Virus record (IMG/VR): IMGVR_UViG_3300035661_000001
Location: 1 to 64,000 of that record
Strand: one strand, 5' to 3'
DNA length: 64,000 nucleotides
Made by a program: the position numbers and the translations under genes. This document shows positions 62,894 to 64,000 of this stretch, in pieces; within the stretch, counting starts at the first letter, position 1, and every line of letters begins with the position of its first letter. The notes under the pieces are model-generated. The model saw only the letters and a program-made list of their open reading frames with translations. It made no database searches and was not told where the DNA came from.

Positions 62894-64000
62894 ATGGACG
62901 AAGACGAGGATGACATTGAACAAGTAGATGCGCCAGCACCAGCTGAGGTGCCAGCTCCAATCGCCCAACCTGCCCAGCAAGTAGTTGAGAGAGGCGGCTT
63001 TGCAGCTTTCCAAGCCGCATTGGTTGCGGCAGGCGAAGCTGCCAGAGTAGTTAATCGCAACGTCATGAATTGGGGACGTATTGAGGAAGCAGATCGGCAA
63101 GTAGATCAACTTCTTGAGGAAGAGGAACAGCTTGTCGATGAAGCTTTTCATGAAGCGGAACATCGACGTCTTCATGATATAGAAGCGGGTCAAGTTCGAC
63201 CACGAGGCATAAATTGGTTTAGAGAGCTGGCTGTTAACGGCGGTGTCTTCGGCAGAGAAATTGCACCGAGACAAGCGGTTCCACAACCTGCGCTACCAGG
63301 ACCATATGTGCCATATGTAGCGTATCAGGAACGAGTACAAGATCCAATCTTCATCAACGACGACGATATACAACGAGCAGCAGCAAGACTTAGGGAACAA
63401 TTGAATGTTCCCGATCCATTCAACGAGGAAGACCCAAGAGCGGTAGGAAATGATATGAATTACGATCAATTGGTGAGACGTTTTCCAGCTTTGACTGATC
63501 GGTATCTTCCCGATCTTTCCAACCGGAACAACGCAGCCCGAGCACTTCAGCAGTTCGATCTCGATCAGTCTGGTAATGCTGTGGAGCGTGATCTGGAGCG
63601 TAATGCCCTCACCCTTTACCTCGCCGGTCATGCTCAGGCAGCTAACATCAACTATGCTTGGTGTGCCGAATGTGAGATGATGATTGGATTTGAAAATCAT
63701 ACTCACTGTCCGTTTTGTACCTATGCCATGGTTGAGCGTGGTGAGGGTGAGGCTCGTGGATCTCATCATCGAGATGGTTGTGCCAATTGTGGCGAATGCT
63801 GTCGAGTGAAGGGTCACCAGCACTGTCCTTCTTGTGATGCCCACATGGAACGAGGTTGTCGTTATTGTGGTAAGTGCGCAGCATGTTGTGCATGTGTCCT
63901 GTGCACTGTGGCGGGTTGCCAGTACATGCAGGAATGTGAGGATTGCAAGAAGTGCTATGAACACTGCACTTGTGTGGCAGTTGCATCTTCTGATCCCACT
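62894..64000 (+). CDS. Partial large protein with acidic N-terminus and Cys-rich CxxC array (probable amidoligase N-terminus), cut by window end
   Basis: 369 open codons from ATG 62894 (AAGGA SD): MDEDEDDIEQ...CAEC...CPFC...CANCGECC...CPSC...CRYCGKC; absent from the ORF track because it has no stop in the window. Confidence 0.8.
   Translation, partial: MDEDEDDIEQVDAPAPAEVPAPIAQPAQQVVERGGFAAFQAALVAAGEAARVVNRNVMNWGRIEEADRQVDQLLEEEEQLVDEAFHEAEHRRLHDIEAGQVRPRGINWFRELAVNGGVFGREIAPRQAVPQPALPGPYVPYVAYQERVQDPIFINDDDIQRAAARLREQLNVPDPFNEEDPRAVGNDMNYDQLVRRFPALTDRYLPDLSNRNNAARALQQFDLDQSGNAVERDLERNALTLYLAGHAQAANINYAWCAECEMMIGFENHTHCPFCTYAMVERGEGEARGSHHRDGCANCGECCRVKGHQHCPSCDAHMERGCRYCGKCAACCACVLCTVAGCQYMQECEDCKKCYEHCTCVAVASSDPT

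Noticed and set aside
1-64000. Stop-codon reassignment (TAG or TGA)
   Set aside because: Many intact genes end at TAG or at TGA in coupled ATGA/TGATG overlaps, and long enzymes contain no internal stops; isolated in-frame TGAs fall in decaying genes

Overview
This looks like an accessory region of a large (jumbo-type) dsDNA bacteriophage genome. About 120 tightly packed genes lie almost all on the + strand in the standard code (TAA, TAG and TGA all act as stops). The only credible minus-strand genes are AT-rich free-standing homing-endonuclease genes, several of them decayed. No capsid, terminase, polymerase, integrase or CRISPR array is visible. Recognisable enzymes: two unrelated RNA ligases (DRB0094/Rnl2-like and DUF5565/RLIG1-like), a cyclic-phosphate-processing receiver-like protein, a ~700-aa MXAN_6230/TerD-like protein, a scattered phiEco32-type peptide-ligase set (two COOH-NH2 ligases, two GGCTs, a class II glutamine amidotransferase, an ATP-grasp and a Cys-rich probable amidoligase), three GNAT paralogs, PurA, a CinA/PncC-like plus NadD-like fusion, a truncated second NMNAT-like gene, an HD (Mesh1/SpoT-like) hydrolase, a cysteine-dioxygenase-like cupin, a 2OG-Fe(II)-like protein, a bL12-CTD protein, Imm and a probable outer-membrane beta-barrel. 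The most striking unexplained signals are RNA-level. (1) Five intergenic copies of a covarying hairpin (GGG-CUAU-[9 bp]-UCCUUCUA...[9 bp]-GCUUY-CCC) surround the TerD-like gene. (2) There are more than a dozen tRNA-like folds, mostly non-canonical (expanded anticodon or D domains, one nested, one possibly circularly permuted), and many end in N-CTA rather than CCA. Together with the RNA-repair enzymes, these suggest a phage RNA-repair or tRNA-decoy system. All family calls come from motif recognition by eye and all RNA folds from manual pairing; no database search or folding program was run.
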